Of a DNA stretch of 35,866 nucleotides, positions 7,227 to 17,429 are shown one piece after another. This DNA is from Bacteroidota bacterium. Its GTDB lineage: Bacteria > Bacteroidota > Bacteroidia > UKL13-3. Made by a program: the position numbers and the translations under genes. Below the pieces are notes generated by a model, which was given only the letters and a program-made list of their open reading frames with translations, was not told where the DNA came from and searched no databases. The DNA is taken from the NCBI GenBank assembly GCA_947449515.1, contig CANFSD010000003.1:1-35866 (forward strand), given 5' to 3'. The first letter of the stretch is position 1; each line of letters opens with the position of its first letter.

Positions 7227-9347
7227 ATGGCAATATTAACAAAAATAAGAAACAGATCAGGATTAGCGATTGGTGCAGTAGGTTTAGCACTGGGTTTATT
7301 TGTGGTTTCTGACGCCCTGAATTCTAACAGGGGATGGTTTGGCGGCGGTTCTCAAACCAATAATGTAGGTGAAATTGATGGCGAAACTATCGGCATAAAA
7401 CAATTTGACGACAAATTGCAGTACAACATGGAAAATTTCCAAAAACGTACGCAACAAGAAAATTTAGATGAAGCAACACGCGGTCAGGTTCGTGATCAAA
7501 CTTGGAATCAGATGTTAAATGATTTCATGTTGATGAAAGAATACGACCAATTGGGTGTTAGCATTAGTGAAGAGGAATTAGCCGATATGATTTACGGTAA
7601 CAATATTCATTCGCAAATTAAACAATCATTTACAGACCCAAATACTGGTATGTTTGATGTAAACATTGTTAAACGTAATTTGAAACAAATTACCGAAGGA
7701 ACTGATGAAAAAGTGAAAGCACAATGGAAAGAATTTGAAGACTATTTAGTTACTGAAACTTTGCAACGCAAATATTCAACCTTGTTAAAAAAAGGTTTGT
7801 ATGCAACTTCTTTAGAGGCTAAAAATCTTTATACCAACAGAACGCAAACTGCTGATGTGAACTTTGTAGCTTTTGCTTACAATACTATTGCAGATTCAAG
7901 TATTACTGCTGATGAGAGCGATTTAAAATCGTATTTCAAAAAGAACATGGACAAATACAATGAACGCGAAAATTCTCGTAAATTGGAGTTTGTAGTTTGG
8001 GATTTTGCACCAACAAGTGAAGACAGTGCAGAAGTTCAAAAATGGGCTTTTGATCAAGTTGAGCAATTCAAAGCAGCTGAAAATGATACAGCATACGTAG
8101 ACATTAACAGTGATGCTAAATTTAATCCAACTGCTAAAAGAAGAAGCGATTTCCCTGAATCTGTTCAAGCAAGATTGTTCCATGATTCAGTTGGTACCGT
8201 TATTGGTCCAATATTTGAAAACGGAAAATATTCTATCTATAAAATATCTGGTATCAAACAAGATTCGGTATTTTCAATGCGTGCAAGCCATATCTTAATT
8301 CGCCCAGAAGGTGCCACAAACTTAGATAGTTCAAATGCCCAGAACAAAGCAAATGATGTTTTCAAGAGATTAAAAGGTGGCGAAGACTTTGCTAAATTAG
8401 CGCAAGAGTTTGGTTCAGATGGTACCAAAGACCGCGGTGGTGATTTGGGTTGGTTCCCAGAAGGACAAATGGTAAAAGAATTTAATGATGCTGTTAAAAA
8501 TGGTAAAAAAGGTGATCAGTTTGTATTGAAAACCCAATTTGGTTACCATGTAATTAAAATAACCGAAGACAAAACCAAGAAAATGGTTTGTGCAGGTATT
8601 TTGGAGCGTTCTGTTGAGGCAAGTGAAAAAACAAGCACAACGGCTTACAATGAAGCAAGTCAATTTGCTGCTAGCAGCAGAGACGCTGAAAGCTTTAACA
8701 AAAACATGGACGAAAAGAAAATGGTAAAACGTATTGCTGAATTTGTACGTGAAACTGATAATTTCTTGCCAGGTTACAACGAAGCACGCGAAGCTGTTCG
8801 TTGGGCATTTAATGCTAAAGTTGGTGATGTGAGTGAAGTAATGACAGTTGGTGGCGATAAATATGTAATTGCTACCCTTACCATGATTCGCGAAAAAGGA
8901 AAAGCAAACTTTGATGCGTCTAAAGACCGTGTAACAAACGATTACCGTAAAGATAAAAAAGCAGAGCAATTGACTGAAAAATTGAAATTGGCTATGGAAG
9001 GTGCTGGAACTTTGGACGCACTTAGCAAGAAAATTAATCAGGCAATTACCCCAATAGCTTCACAAACTTTTGAAAACGGAAGTATTCCTTATGTAGGTTA
9101 TGATAATTCATTTGCAGGTACCATTGCAGGTACAACTGGCATAAACAAATTGTATGGTCCTGTTAAAGGTGATGCAGCAATTTATGCTTACCAAGTAAGT
9201 AAAATTACGCCTGCCGCTGTTATTACAGATTATAACCAACAAAAAACTGAATTAAATGCTGGCCTACAACAAAGAGTTGAATACAGCTACTTTGAAATAT
9301 TAAAAGAGTTGAAAAACGTTAAAGACAACAGATTCTTATTTTATTAA
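7227..9347 (+). CDS. PpiD/SurA-like periplasmic chaperone with parvulin PPIase domain
   Basis: N-terminal KIRNR plus TM anchor, SurA_N region, RASHILI, GEDFAKLAQEFGSD.....GGDLGWF, TQFGYHVI. Confidence 0.9.
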   Translation: MAILTKIRNRSGLAIGAVGLALGLFVVSDALNSNRGWFGGGSQTNNVGEIDGETIGIKQFDDKLQYNMENFQKRTQQENLDEATRGQVRDQTWNQMLNDFMLMKEYDQLGVSISEEELADMIYGNNIHSQIKQSFTDPNTGMFDVNIVKRNLKQITEGTDEKVKAQWKEFEDYLVTETLQRKYSTLLKKGLYATSLEAKNLYTNRTQTADVNFVAFAYNTIADSSITADESDLKSYFKKNMDKYNERENSRKLEFVVWDFAPTSEDSAEVQKWAFDQVEQFKAAENDTAYVDINSDAKFNPTAKRRSDFPESVQARLFHDSVGTVIGPIFENGKYSIYKISGIKQDSVFSMRASHILIRPEGATNLDSSNAQNKANDVFKRLKGGEDFAKLAQEFGSDGTKDRGGDLGWFPEGQMVKEFNDAVKNGKKGDQFVLKTQFGYHVIKITEDKTKKMVCAGILERSVEASEKTSTTAYNEASQFAASSRDAESFNKNMDEKKMVKRIAEFVRETDNFLPGYNEAREAVRWAFNAKVGDVSEVMTVGGDKYVIATLTMIREKGKANFDASKDRVTNDYRKDKKAEQLTEKLKLAMEGAGTLDALSKKINQAITPIASQTFENGSIPYVGYDNSFAGTIAGTTGINKLYGPVKGDAAIYAYQVSKITPAAVITDYNQQKTELNAGLQQRVEYSYFEILKELKNVKDNRFLFY

Positions 9348-9348
9348 G

Positions 9349-10116
9349 ATGTTATATTACGAAAGAATAGGATCGGGCAAAACTTGCCTGGTTCTACTTC
9401 ATGGATACTGCGAAAACAATACCTGCTTCAACGAGCAGGTATTGTTTTTTAAGGACCTCTGTACCATACTTACTATAGATTTGCCTGGTTTTGGGAAAAG
9501 TCAGCATTGTGATGCGGATTCAATAGTAGATATGGCAGATCAGGTGAAGGCTGTTATTGAAAAAGAAAACTTGGCACAAGTTATAATGCTTGGCCACAGC
9601 ATGGGCGGTTATGTTTGCTTGGCATTTGCTAATAAATACAAAGAATATTTAGAGGGTTATGGCATCATTGCAAGTACAGCCAATGCAGACAGCAAGGAGA
9701 GAAAAGAAAAACGGATTCAGGTTATCAATTTCATCAAAGAGCAAGGGAAGGAAGCGTATTTAAAGAATTTTATTCCTAGCTTATTTAAACCTGGTTTTAA
9801 TAGCAACATCATCAAAGAAAGAATCCAAGAGGCATGCAATGGCAGTGAGAAAGGAATGATTGGTGCGGCTATAGCAATGATGAACAGACCTGATTCAAAT
9901 GATGTATTCAAAGAATCTAATTTACCTGTGTTTTTTGCTATTGGAAAATTAGATGAATTAATTCCTGCGCAACAACTATTTGAACAGGCGGCATTGTGTA
10001 AAATTGCCCAAGTGGTTTTATTAGAGGAATCGGCACATATGCCCATGTTTGAAACACCAAGCAAATTAAATGTTGCAATTGAATCGTTTATTCAATTGGT
10101 TCGAACCAATTATTAG
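9349..10116 (+). CDS. Alpha/beta hydrolase
   Basis: LLHG, DLPGFG.S, GHSMGG nucleophile elbow, G..D..IP, SAHMP. Confidence 0.9.
   Translation: MLYYERIGSGKTCLVLLHGYCENNTCFNEQVLFFKDLCTILTIDLPGFGKSQHCDADSIVDMADQVKAVIEKENLAQVIMLGHSMGGYVCLAFANKYKEYLEGYGIIASTANADSKERKEKRIQVINFIKEQGKEAYLKNFIPSLFKPGFNSNIIKERIQEACNGSEKGMIGAAIAMMNRPDSNDVFKESNLPVFFAIGKLDELIPAQQLFEQAALCKIAQVVLLEESAHMPMFETPSKLNVAIESFIQLVRTNY
10094..10111. repeat. Perfect 18-bp palindrome AATTGGTTCGAACCAATT (GGTTCGAACC core, copy 2)
   Basis: Read directly; lies in the last codons of the hydrolase, at the junction of two convergent genes with overlapping stops. Confidence 0.9.
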
Positions 10117-12074
10117 GAGCCAAGGTTTCCTGTACTCCTAATGGATTTAAGAACAATAAGGAAATCCTTTTCAATAGAATATTCCTTTGCATAAAGGAAG
10201 TTTAATTTTTGAATGGTAACTGGATTAAGCAATTTGTTTCCTTGCGCATCTAGCGGACTTACCACACCATTTTTAATGGATGGTAGCAGTTTAATATTAT
10301 CTGCTGAGGCATAACCAACCCAAGTTTTTTTAGCAGTCAAAACACTAAAAATGTTATGAAACAAATTGAGCCTTTGTCTTACAAAAATGATTAAAATTGG
10401 TGATAATGCAAACAACAATAAACTGGTTATTACATCAAATGCGCGTTTCTTTTGTTGTTCAAAAGCCTTTGCCAATTTTAAGTTAATCTCAATGGTATAA
10501 AAATCACCAGGGGTATTTTTATTATTGCTGCCAATTATAAAAAGGCTTTCTTCTGGAACAATTTTATATAAAATATCTTGTTGGCTGTTGCTGGCCATCC
10601 ATTCAATAATTTGGCTTGCGGCGAGGTCTTTACTGCAAAAAATAATTTCCTCCACGCCAAAAAATTTAACCAATTCACTTAGCTCGCTTACCTGCCCAAG
10701 GAAATGAATGTCTTTATTTGGTTCTAGTGAAACATAACCCAAATAGTCGCTTTTGGACTTTGATTTTACTAGCAAATCTTGTACACGCTCTACCTCTGAT
10801 TTATTGCCTACAATAATTGTTTTAAGGTGGCTTCCCATGCTCATGCTCCAGCGACGGTATTTAGCATAATATAACAATACCCTAATTGTATAGGGGACAA
10901 CTATTGCAGCTATTGCACCTAAAATAATAATTGCCCTAGAAAAGCGATAAGCGTCGCCAATAAATGCATAGAAAACAGCAATGCCAAGGGTGCCAAATGC
11001 AATGCCTTTGGCAACACTCAAAAAGGTTTTTCTTTTGTTATAGGCACCTGCCAAGTATAAGCCAAAAATCCACAAAAGAGAGTACACAACACTGTTGGAG
11101 TAAACAATTTCACTTGGGTAAGCCTTAGGTGTTGCATATTTAAAATTCGACCAAAAATTAACCAATAAAGTGAGGCTAATAAAGATGCTGCTAAAATCCA
11201 ATAGTGGTAAAAAAACGCGCGCTGCAAATCTACTTACTAGGGCTGCAAATGCGCGAATGTAAATGGCAATATGTATGAGTGCACTAAAATTTCTAGCATG
11301 TTTTTGCGAGTAATGTTTTTTCGCAAAAATGACCATAGCTTTATAAAATGTGAAAACAAAATTCACACTCGTTTTCTTAGTGCTTTCACCTTTGTAGTGA
11401 ATAATGGTTGTGTATGGGTAGTAATAATTCTTATAGCCACTTTTTTGGATACAATAACTCAAGTCTATATCCTCACCATACATGAAATAATCCTCGTCTA
11501 AATAGCCAACTTGCTTTAAAACATCAGCCCTTATCATCATAAAAGCGCCGGCCAATACTTCTACTTCATTGATTTCATTTTCACCTAAAAATCCTAAATG
11601 GTATTTGCCAAATTTCCTTGATTTTGGGAACAAAGCAGCAAGGCCACTTATTTTATAGAACGCTACTTCTGGGGTAGGTAAACCACGCTTAGATTCTGGT
11701 AAAAATTTTCCAGACCCGTCAATCATTTTTACGCCAACAGCGCCAGCATCTGCCGTTTGGTCCATGAATTGGAGGAGTTTGTGAAAGCAATCTTCTTCAA
11801 TAACTGTATCTGGATTGAGAAGTAACACATATTTGCCACTTGCTAGTTTGATGGCTTGGTTATTTGCCTTAGCAAAACCATAATTTTCTTTATTCTCAAT
11901 TAATTTTACCTCTGGGAACAGGCTTTGTACCATTTCGCAGCTTCCATCTAATGAATGGTTGTCGACTACAAATATTTCTGTTTGCAAGCCAATGCAGGCC
12001 CTGCGCACAGCGTGTAAAGCCTGCTCTAGGAAATACTTAACATTATAATTGACAATGACGATCGAAAGCTGCAT
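10113..12074 (-). CDS. GT2 glycosyltransferase fused to membrane/CoA-binding-like domains and a degenerate sugar-transferase C-terminus
   Basis: SIVIVNYN, VVDNHSLDGS, NYGFAKANN, LLNPDT, FMYGEDID, followed by 4 TM helices, TIIVG and KRAFDV. Confidence 0.88.
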   Translation of the reverse strand: MQLSIVIVNYNVKYFLEQALHAVRRACIGLQTEIFVVDNHSLDGSCEMVQSLFPEVKLIENKENYGFAKANNQAIKLASGKYVLLLNPDTVIEEDCFHKLLQFMDQTADAGAVGVKMIDGSGKFLPESKRGLPTPEVAFYKISGLAALFPKSRKFGKYHLGFLGENEINEVEVLAGAFMMIRADVLKQVGYLDEDYFMYGEDIDLSYCIQKSGYKNYYYPYTTIIHYKGESTKKTSVNFVFTFYKAMVIFAKKHYSQKHARNFSALIHIAIYIRAFAALVSRFAARVFLPLLDFSSIFISLTLLVNFWSNFKYATPKAYPSEIVYSNSVVYSLLWIFGLYLAGAYNKRKTFLSVAKGIAFGTLGIAVFYAFIGDAYRFSRAIIILGAIAAIVVPYTIRVLLYYAKYRRWSMSMGSHLKTIIVGNKSEVERVQDLLVKSKSKSDYLGYVSLEPNKDIHFLGQVSELSELVKFFGVEEIIFCSKDLAASQIIEWMASNSQQDILYKIVPEESLFIIGSNNKNTPGDFYTIEINLKLAKAFEQQKKRAFDVITSLLLFALSPILIIFVRQRLNLFHNIFSVLTAKKTWVGYASADNIKLLPSIKNGVVSPLDAQGNKLLNPVTIQKLNFLYAKEYSIEKDFLIVLKSIRSTGNLGS

Positions 12075-12175
12075 AAAAAATAGGTAACGAATATAAGGCT
12101 TTGCTTATTGTATTGTCAACTAGAATGCTTGAAACAATTAATGCTTGCTCACCTTTTTTTCTTAATATTGAGGCT

Positions 12176-13291
12176 ATGAAACTTCGTGCGCCTTTATTAC
12201 TTGCCTTTTTTTTAAGTGCATTTGCTGTATTTGCGCAATTGCCAAACCATTTACTTTCAGATAAAATAAGCATAAACGACCTAGATTCTGGGCGTTTTGG
12301 ATTTGGTATTACAAATACGAATTACATGCGAAATACGGAGTACTTTAATCCTATTGAGGAGGGGAGAACTTTGTTTGGCTATCAATTGCATCCGAAGTTT
12401 AGTTATCAGCCAACAAAAAATATTAAATTAGAGGCGGGTATTTGGTTGCGGCACGACTTTGGTGGAATCAACGGATTTACTGAAGCTATTCCTACATTTT
12501 CATTAAAGGCCAAAGGGAAAAAGAGCGAATTGATATTCGGAACCCTTGAGGGAGCGCTCAGTCACGGTGTATTAGAACCAATGATGGATATCAATAGCGC
12601 CATTTACAAGCGAATTGAAAATGGTTTTCAATATAAATTTCATTCAAAAATTAGTTGGTTCGATACTTGGATTAATTGGGAAAAATTTATTGAACCCAAT
12701 GAATTTGCCAAGGAAAAATTTACTGCTGGTATTCATTACAGAGGTAGAATAAATCTTACTGAAGAAACTAAAATTACGCCCTATTTTCAACTCATGGCAT
12801 CACACCAAGGTGGCCAAATTGATACCGATACCCTTGATCCTTTTATGATGCAGTTCAATGCAGCATTTGGAGCTAAATTTCAGCATAATTTAAACGAAAA
12901 GAATAGCCTTTACCTGGATTTAGCCTATTTGACTTATAATGAAACGAGCGATAGCAAGGTTTACCCCCAAAATACTGGTAGCGGCCTTATGGGAAATTTA
13001 GGCTTGAAGTTAAATCAAACAGATTTGATGATCAGTTATTGGCAAGGGTCAAATTATATTGCCCCTCGCGGAACTTCTATATACCAAAGTAGGTCAACTG
13101 TTGACCCTAAAAATTACGAAGAAACTAGACAACTTGTTTTTGTGCGATTTATTCAAAACAAAGCCTTATTTCATTCTCCCGTTATGGCTTCTATTCGGTT
13201 CGAACCGGTATATGATTTGAACCATGGAATTTTTGATTTCAGTTACTCTCTTTATTTAATTTATAGAGGTGATTGGAAGTTTGGCAAATAA
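12176..13291 (+). CDS. Hypothetical secreted / outer-membrane beta-barrel-like protein
   Basis: Signal peptide MKLRAPLLLAFFLSAFAVFA-Q and alternating aromatic beta-strand patterns. Start moved to the ATG at 12176. Confidence 0.75.
   Translation: MKLRAPLLLAFFLSAFAVFAQLPNHLLSDKISINDLDSGRFGFGITNTNYMRNTEYFNPIEEGRTLFGYQLHPKFSYQPTKNIKLEAGIWLRHDFGGINGFTEAIPTFSLKAKGKKSELIFGTLEGALSHGVLEPMMDINSAIYKRIENGFQYKFHSKISWFDTWINWEKFIEPNEFAKEKFTAGIHYRGRINLTEETKITPYFQLMASHQGGQIDTDTLDPFMMQFNAAFGAKFQHNLNEKNSLYLDLAYLTYNETSDSKVYPQNTGSGLMGNLGLKLNQTDLMISYWQGSNYIAPRGTSIYQSRSTVDPKNYEETRQLVFVRFIQNKALFHSPVMASIRFEPVYDLNHGIFDFSYSLYLIYRGDWKFGK
13196..13207. repeat. Perfect 12-bp palindrome CGGTTCGAACCG (GGTTCGAACC core, copy 3)
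   Basis: Read directly; encodes RFEP, 84 nt before the gene end. Confidence 0.85.
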
Positions 13292-13383
13292 TAAAGGGCG
13301 CTCGCCATCTTTTTTTGCCTTTGTAAAACAAAATTCCCTCTTCAAGCCTTTTTATGATGAGTACCCGTGTAAAAAATACTGTT

Positions 13384-15828
13384 ATGATAAAATATCAAAC
13401 CATTAGAATTTATTTATTATTGCTTTTTGTGCTTGTTATGAGCCACTTACAAGCCCAGAATGTTGGTCAAATTAGTGGCTCTGTAAAGGATAAAAATTCT
13501 CAAGAAATGCTTACAGGGGCCACCGTAATATTGGAGGGGACCAATTTTGGTGCCCAAACAGGTGTTGATGGTAATTTTCAGATAAAAGGAATTGCCCCTA
13601 AATCCTATAACCTTAAAATTCAATATGTAGGTTACCAGAGCAAAATCATTTACAACATTGTTGTTACAACAGGTAATATTTTAAATCTCACCATTGAGTT
13701 GGAACCTGAGTTGAAAAGTTTAAATGAATTGGTAATTAAAACCAGAACTTTTGGCAAGAAAACAGAAACTCCTTTATCTATTCAGAGCTTAACTGCAGAA
13801 GAAATAAAAAGTAATCCTGGGGGTAATTTTGATATCTCACGTGTAATTCAAGCATTGCCTGGAGTTGGCGGAAATACAGGTGGTGCAAGCTTTAGAAATG
13901 ATATTATTATTAGGGGAGGTGCACCCAATGAAAATGTATTTTATTTGGATGGAATTGAAATTCCTGTGATCAATCATTTTTCTACGCAAGGAAGTTCGGG
14001 TGGTCCACAAGGAATATTAAATGTAAGTTTTATTCAGGATGTAACTTTGGCTTCAAGTAGTTTTGGTGCTCGTGTAGACAATGCCTTAAGCTCTGTATTT
14101 ACCTTTAAACAAAAGGAAGGAAATAGCCAGCAATTGCAAGGTAATGTGCGCTTAAGTGCCTCTGAATTTGCCTTGACATTTGATGGCCCAGTTTCAAAAA
14201 ACACCACCTTTTTAGCCTCTGCAAGAAGAAGCTATTTGCAGTTTTTGTTTATGGCCATTGATTTACCCATTAGGCCTAATTACTGGGATTTCCAATATAA
14301 AACTACCACCAAATTGAATGAAAAAACTACACTGACCACATTAGGTGTAGGGGCCATTGATGTATTTAGTTTTTCTGTTCCTAAAACCTCCACACCGGAA
14401 AAAGAATATGCTATTAGAAACAGTCCAAACGTAAACCAATGGAACTACACTATTGGTGCAGTAATTAAGCGTCGTTTGCACCAAGGTTATGTGAATTATT
14501 CCCTAAGTAGAAATATGTTCGATAATGCGCTTGATAGATGGGAAGATGGCAAAGAAGGTGATGAAACCCGTAGGGCTTTGAAATATAGGTCGCAAGAAAT
14601 GGAAAATAAATTTAGGATCGATGTAAACAAATACAGCGGAAAGTGGAAATATGCTTATGGTGGGATGTTGCAATATGTGAAATACAATAACCAAACCTTT
14701 ACAAAAATAAACAATGGTATTTATGATACTGCTGGGCATATGATTGCCCCTCCACTTACCATTAATTTTAATTCGGCCATTGAGTTTTTTAAAGGTGGAT
14801 TGTTTGGTGAGGTATCACGCAGAGTTTTGAATGATAGACTAAATTTAACTTTTGGTTTGCGTACTGATTTAAATAGCTTTACAAGTGATGGTTTAAATCC
14901 TATAAAAACCTTGTCGCCGAGAATGTCTGCCAGCTATTCCTTAAATGAAAAGTGGAGTATTAATGCCACCGTTGGTCGCTACTATAAAATGCCAATTTAT
15001 ACCGTTTTAGGATATAAAGATGCAAGCGGAAATTTTGTAAACAAAGACAATAGTTATATTTCTTGTGACCATTATGTGGCAGGTATTGAATATTTGCCTG
15101 GTCCAAATTCTAGAATAACAGTAGAAGGATTTTATAAGAACTATGCGAATTATCCTGTGTCCAATAGAAATGGAATATCTTTGGCGAATCAAGGTGCAGA
15201 TTTTTCTGTTTTAGGAAATGAAAAAACCATTTCAAATGGAAAAGGTAGGGCCTATGGCTTTGAATTTTTCTTTCAACAAAAACTTAGCAAAAATCTTTAT
15301 ACAACTGTTTCTTATACTTATTTTATTAGTGAGTTCAGCGGGACTGATAAAGTGTTGAAACCATCTGCTTGGGAAAACAACCATTTAATATCGGCCATAT
15401 TTGGATATAAATTTAAAAAGGGTTGGGAGTTAGGAATGAAATTGCGTTTTGCAGGAGGAAGTCCATACACTCCATTTAACTTAGAGGCATCACAGAATAA
15501 TTACTTGAGCACAGGCGCTGGAGTTTATGATTATTCTCAACTCAACACCCTGCGATTAGGGGCGTTTAAACAATTTGATTTTAGATTAGATAAGAAAATT
15601 AATTTTAAACGCACCACTTTAGATTTATACTTAGATGTACAAAACGCCTTAGTATTTTCTAATCCTTCACAACCTAGCTATACTTTTAAGCGCAATGCAG
15701 ATAATTCCGGTTGGATGACAACGGATGGTGCACTTATTAACCAAAATGGCTCGAATGCAATTCCATTGATTTTAAATAATAGTTCAACCACAGTATTGCC
15801 TACCTTTGGCTTTATCTGGGAGTTTTAA
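13384..15828 (+). CDS. TonB-dependent receptor with N-terminal carboxypeptidase-regulatory-like domain
   Basis: Signal peptide (LQA-Q), ISGSVKD...E.L.GA.V...QYVGY, plug motif LPGV...IIIRGG...EN...LDGIEIP, C-terminal WEF. Confidence 0.92.
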   Translation: MIKYQTIRIYLLLLFVLVMSHLQAQNVGQISGSVKDKNSQEMLTGATVILEGTNFGAQTGVDGNFQIKGIAPKSYNLKIQYVGYQSKIIYNIVVTTGNILNLTIELEPELKSLNELVIKTRTFGKKTETPLSIQSLTAEEIKSNPGGNFDISRVIQALPGVGGNTGGASFRNDIIIRGGAPNENVFYLDGIEIPVINHFSTQGSSGGPQGILNVSFIQDVTLASSSFGARVDNALSSVFTFKQKEGNSQQLQGNVRLSASEFALTFDGPVSKNTTFLASARRSYLQFLFMAIDLPIRPNYWDFQYKTTTKLNEKTTLTTLGVGAIDVFSFSVPKTSTPEKEYAIRNSPNVNQWNYTIGAVIKRRLHQGYVNYSLSRNMFDNALDRWEDGKEGDETRRALKYRSQEMENKFRIDVNKYSGKWKYAYGGMLQYVKYNNQTFTKINNGIYDTAGHMIAPPLTINFNSAIEFFKGGLFGEVSRRVLNDRLNLTFGLRTDLNSFTSDGLNPIKTLSPRMSASYSLNEKWSINATVGRYYKMPIYTVLGYKDASGNFVNKDNSYISCDHYVAGIEYLPGPNSRITVEGFYKNYANYPVSNRNGISLANQGADFSVLGNEKTISNGKGRAYGFEFFFQQKLSKNLYTTVSYTYFISEFSGTDKVLKPSAWENNHLISAIFGYKFKKGWELGMKLRFAGGSPYTPFNLEASQNNYLSTGAGVYDYSQLNTLRLGAFKQFDFRLDKKINFKRTTLDLYLDVQNALVFSNPSQPSYTFKRNADNSGWMTTDGALINQNGSNAIPLILNNSSTTVLPTFGFIWEF

Positions 15829-15841
15829 GAAACAAATTAGT

Positions 15842-17335
15842 ATGAACATGGGCAAGAAGAAGGCGGTTGTAATTGGTGCTGGCGTAGCTGGTCTCTCTGC
15901 AGCGAGTTATTTGGCAAAGGAAGGTTTTGCGGTAACTGTTTTAGAAAAGAATCACCAAGCCGGTGGCAGGGCAAGGCAATTTAAGGCCGATGGCTTTACC
16001 TACGATATGGGCCCCAGTTGGTATTGGATGCCCGATGTTTTTGAAAAATTCTACCAAGATTTTGGCCATACTACGGCAGATTTTTATGAGCTGTTGCGTT
16101 TAGATCCAAGTTACCGTGTTATCTCTAAAAGTGGCGAAGCTGTTGATATTCCAGCCAATATGTTGGAGTTGGAAAGTTTGTTTGAGCGCTTTGAACCAGG
16201 TGCTGGTTTGCGCTTAAGAGCTTTCCTAAAAGAAGCAGCCTATAAATATGAAGTGGGAATGGAGGATTTGGTATACAAGCCAAGTTTAAGCTTAATGGAG
16301 TTTGCAGATTTACGTGTTCTAAAAGGCCTTCTTAAAATGGATGTTTTGGGAAATATGCGTAAACATATTCATTCTCAATTTTCCCATCCTTTTCTGCAAG
16401 AATTATTAGAATTTCCCGTGTTGTTTCTAGGGGCATTGCCTCAAAATACACCCGCTTTGTATAGCTTAATGAATTATGCCGATATGCAATTAGGTACCTG
16501 GTACCCGCAAGGTGGAATGCATAATATTATTGAAGCTTTTACGAAAATTGCGGAGGAGCAAGGGGTAAAAATTTTAGTAGACCAAGAAGTTATTTCTATA
16601 GCAAGTCATAATGGTAAAATTAGTCAGGTACATACCAAGCATGGAAACTTTGAGGCAGATGTGGTTATTGGTGCCGCCGATTACCAGCATTTAGATCAGG
16701 TTGTATTGAAGCCAAAAGACAGGAGTTACTCTAAAAAGTATTGGGATGCACGTAAAATGGCCCCTTCCTGTTTATTGTTTTATGTTGGCCTTAATAAAAA
16801 ATTCCCAAAACTCGAGCACCATACCTTGTTTTTTGATACCGATTTTGATCAACATTCGAAAGATATTTATACCACTCCGCAATGGCCAAAAGAGCCTTTG
16901 TTTTATTTATCAGTTCCGTCTAAAACAGATCCATCAGTTGCACCAGAAAATTGTGAGAACCTATTTTTGCTTATTCCAATTGCGCCAGGTTTAGAAGGAG
17001 ACTCAGAAGAAATAAGGGCACATTATTTTGAATTAATGATGGGCAGAATAGAAAAACAATTTGGGGAAAGCCTAATTCCGCATGTAATATATAATAAATC
17101 TTATAGTGTAAGCGACTTTAAATCAGATTACCATGCTTTCAAGGGAAATGCATATGGATTAGCCAATACCTTGGATCAAACCGCTATTTTAAAGCCTAGT
17201 TTAAAAAGTAAAAAATTAAAGAATCTATTTTTTGCAGGGCAATTAACAGTTCCAGGTCCGGGGGTTCCTCCAGGAATAATTAGTGGAAAAGTTGCTGCTT
17301 ATCAAATAGTTAAGGAGTTTAAATTAGGCAAATAA
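15842..17335 (+). CDS. crtI: Phytoene desaturase
   Basis: VIGAGVAGLSAA, EKN..AGGRA, YDMGPSWYWMPDVF, AYGLA, LFFAGQLTVPGPGVPP; adjacent to crtB. Start is 15842 or 15848. Confidence 0.93.
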   Translation: MNMGKKKAVVIGAGVAGLSAASYLAKEGFAVTVLEKNHQAGGRARQFKADGFTYDMGPSWYWMPDVFEKFYQDFGHTTADFYELLRLDPSYRVISKSGEAVDIPANMLELESLFERFEPGAGLRLRAFLKEAAYKYEVGMEDLVYKPSLSLMEFADLRVLKGLLKMDVLGNMRKHIHSQFSHPFLQELLEFPVLFLGALPQNTPALYSLMNYADMQLGTWYPQGGMHNIIEAFTKIAEEQGVKILVDQEVISIASHNGKISQVHTKHGNFEADVVIGAADYQHLDQVVLKPKDRSYSKKYWDARKMAPSCLLFYVGLNKKFPKLEHHTLFFDTDFDQHSKDIYTTPQWPKEPLFYLSVPSKTDPSVAPENCENLFLLIPIAPGLEGDSEEIRAHYFELMMGRIEKQFGESLIPHVIYNKSYSVSDFKSDYHAFKGNAYGLANTLDQTAILKPSLKSKKLKNLFFAGQLTVPGPGVPPGIISGKVAAYQIVKEFKLGK

Positions 17336-17429
17336 GTTTTACGAATTTTTGAAGTACAATTTTTTTTTACGCATTTTAAAACAATTTGTAGTTAAAATAC
17401 ATTTATACTCGTAGACCTTTAAGCAGTAA

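Noticed and set aside
13324-17384. TAAAACAA upstream of both the TonB receptor (13324) and crtB (17377) as a shared light-regulation site
   Set aside because: It is a short AT-rich word also present at 7157 before an unrelated gene, with no clear tandem CarH-type repeats.
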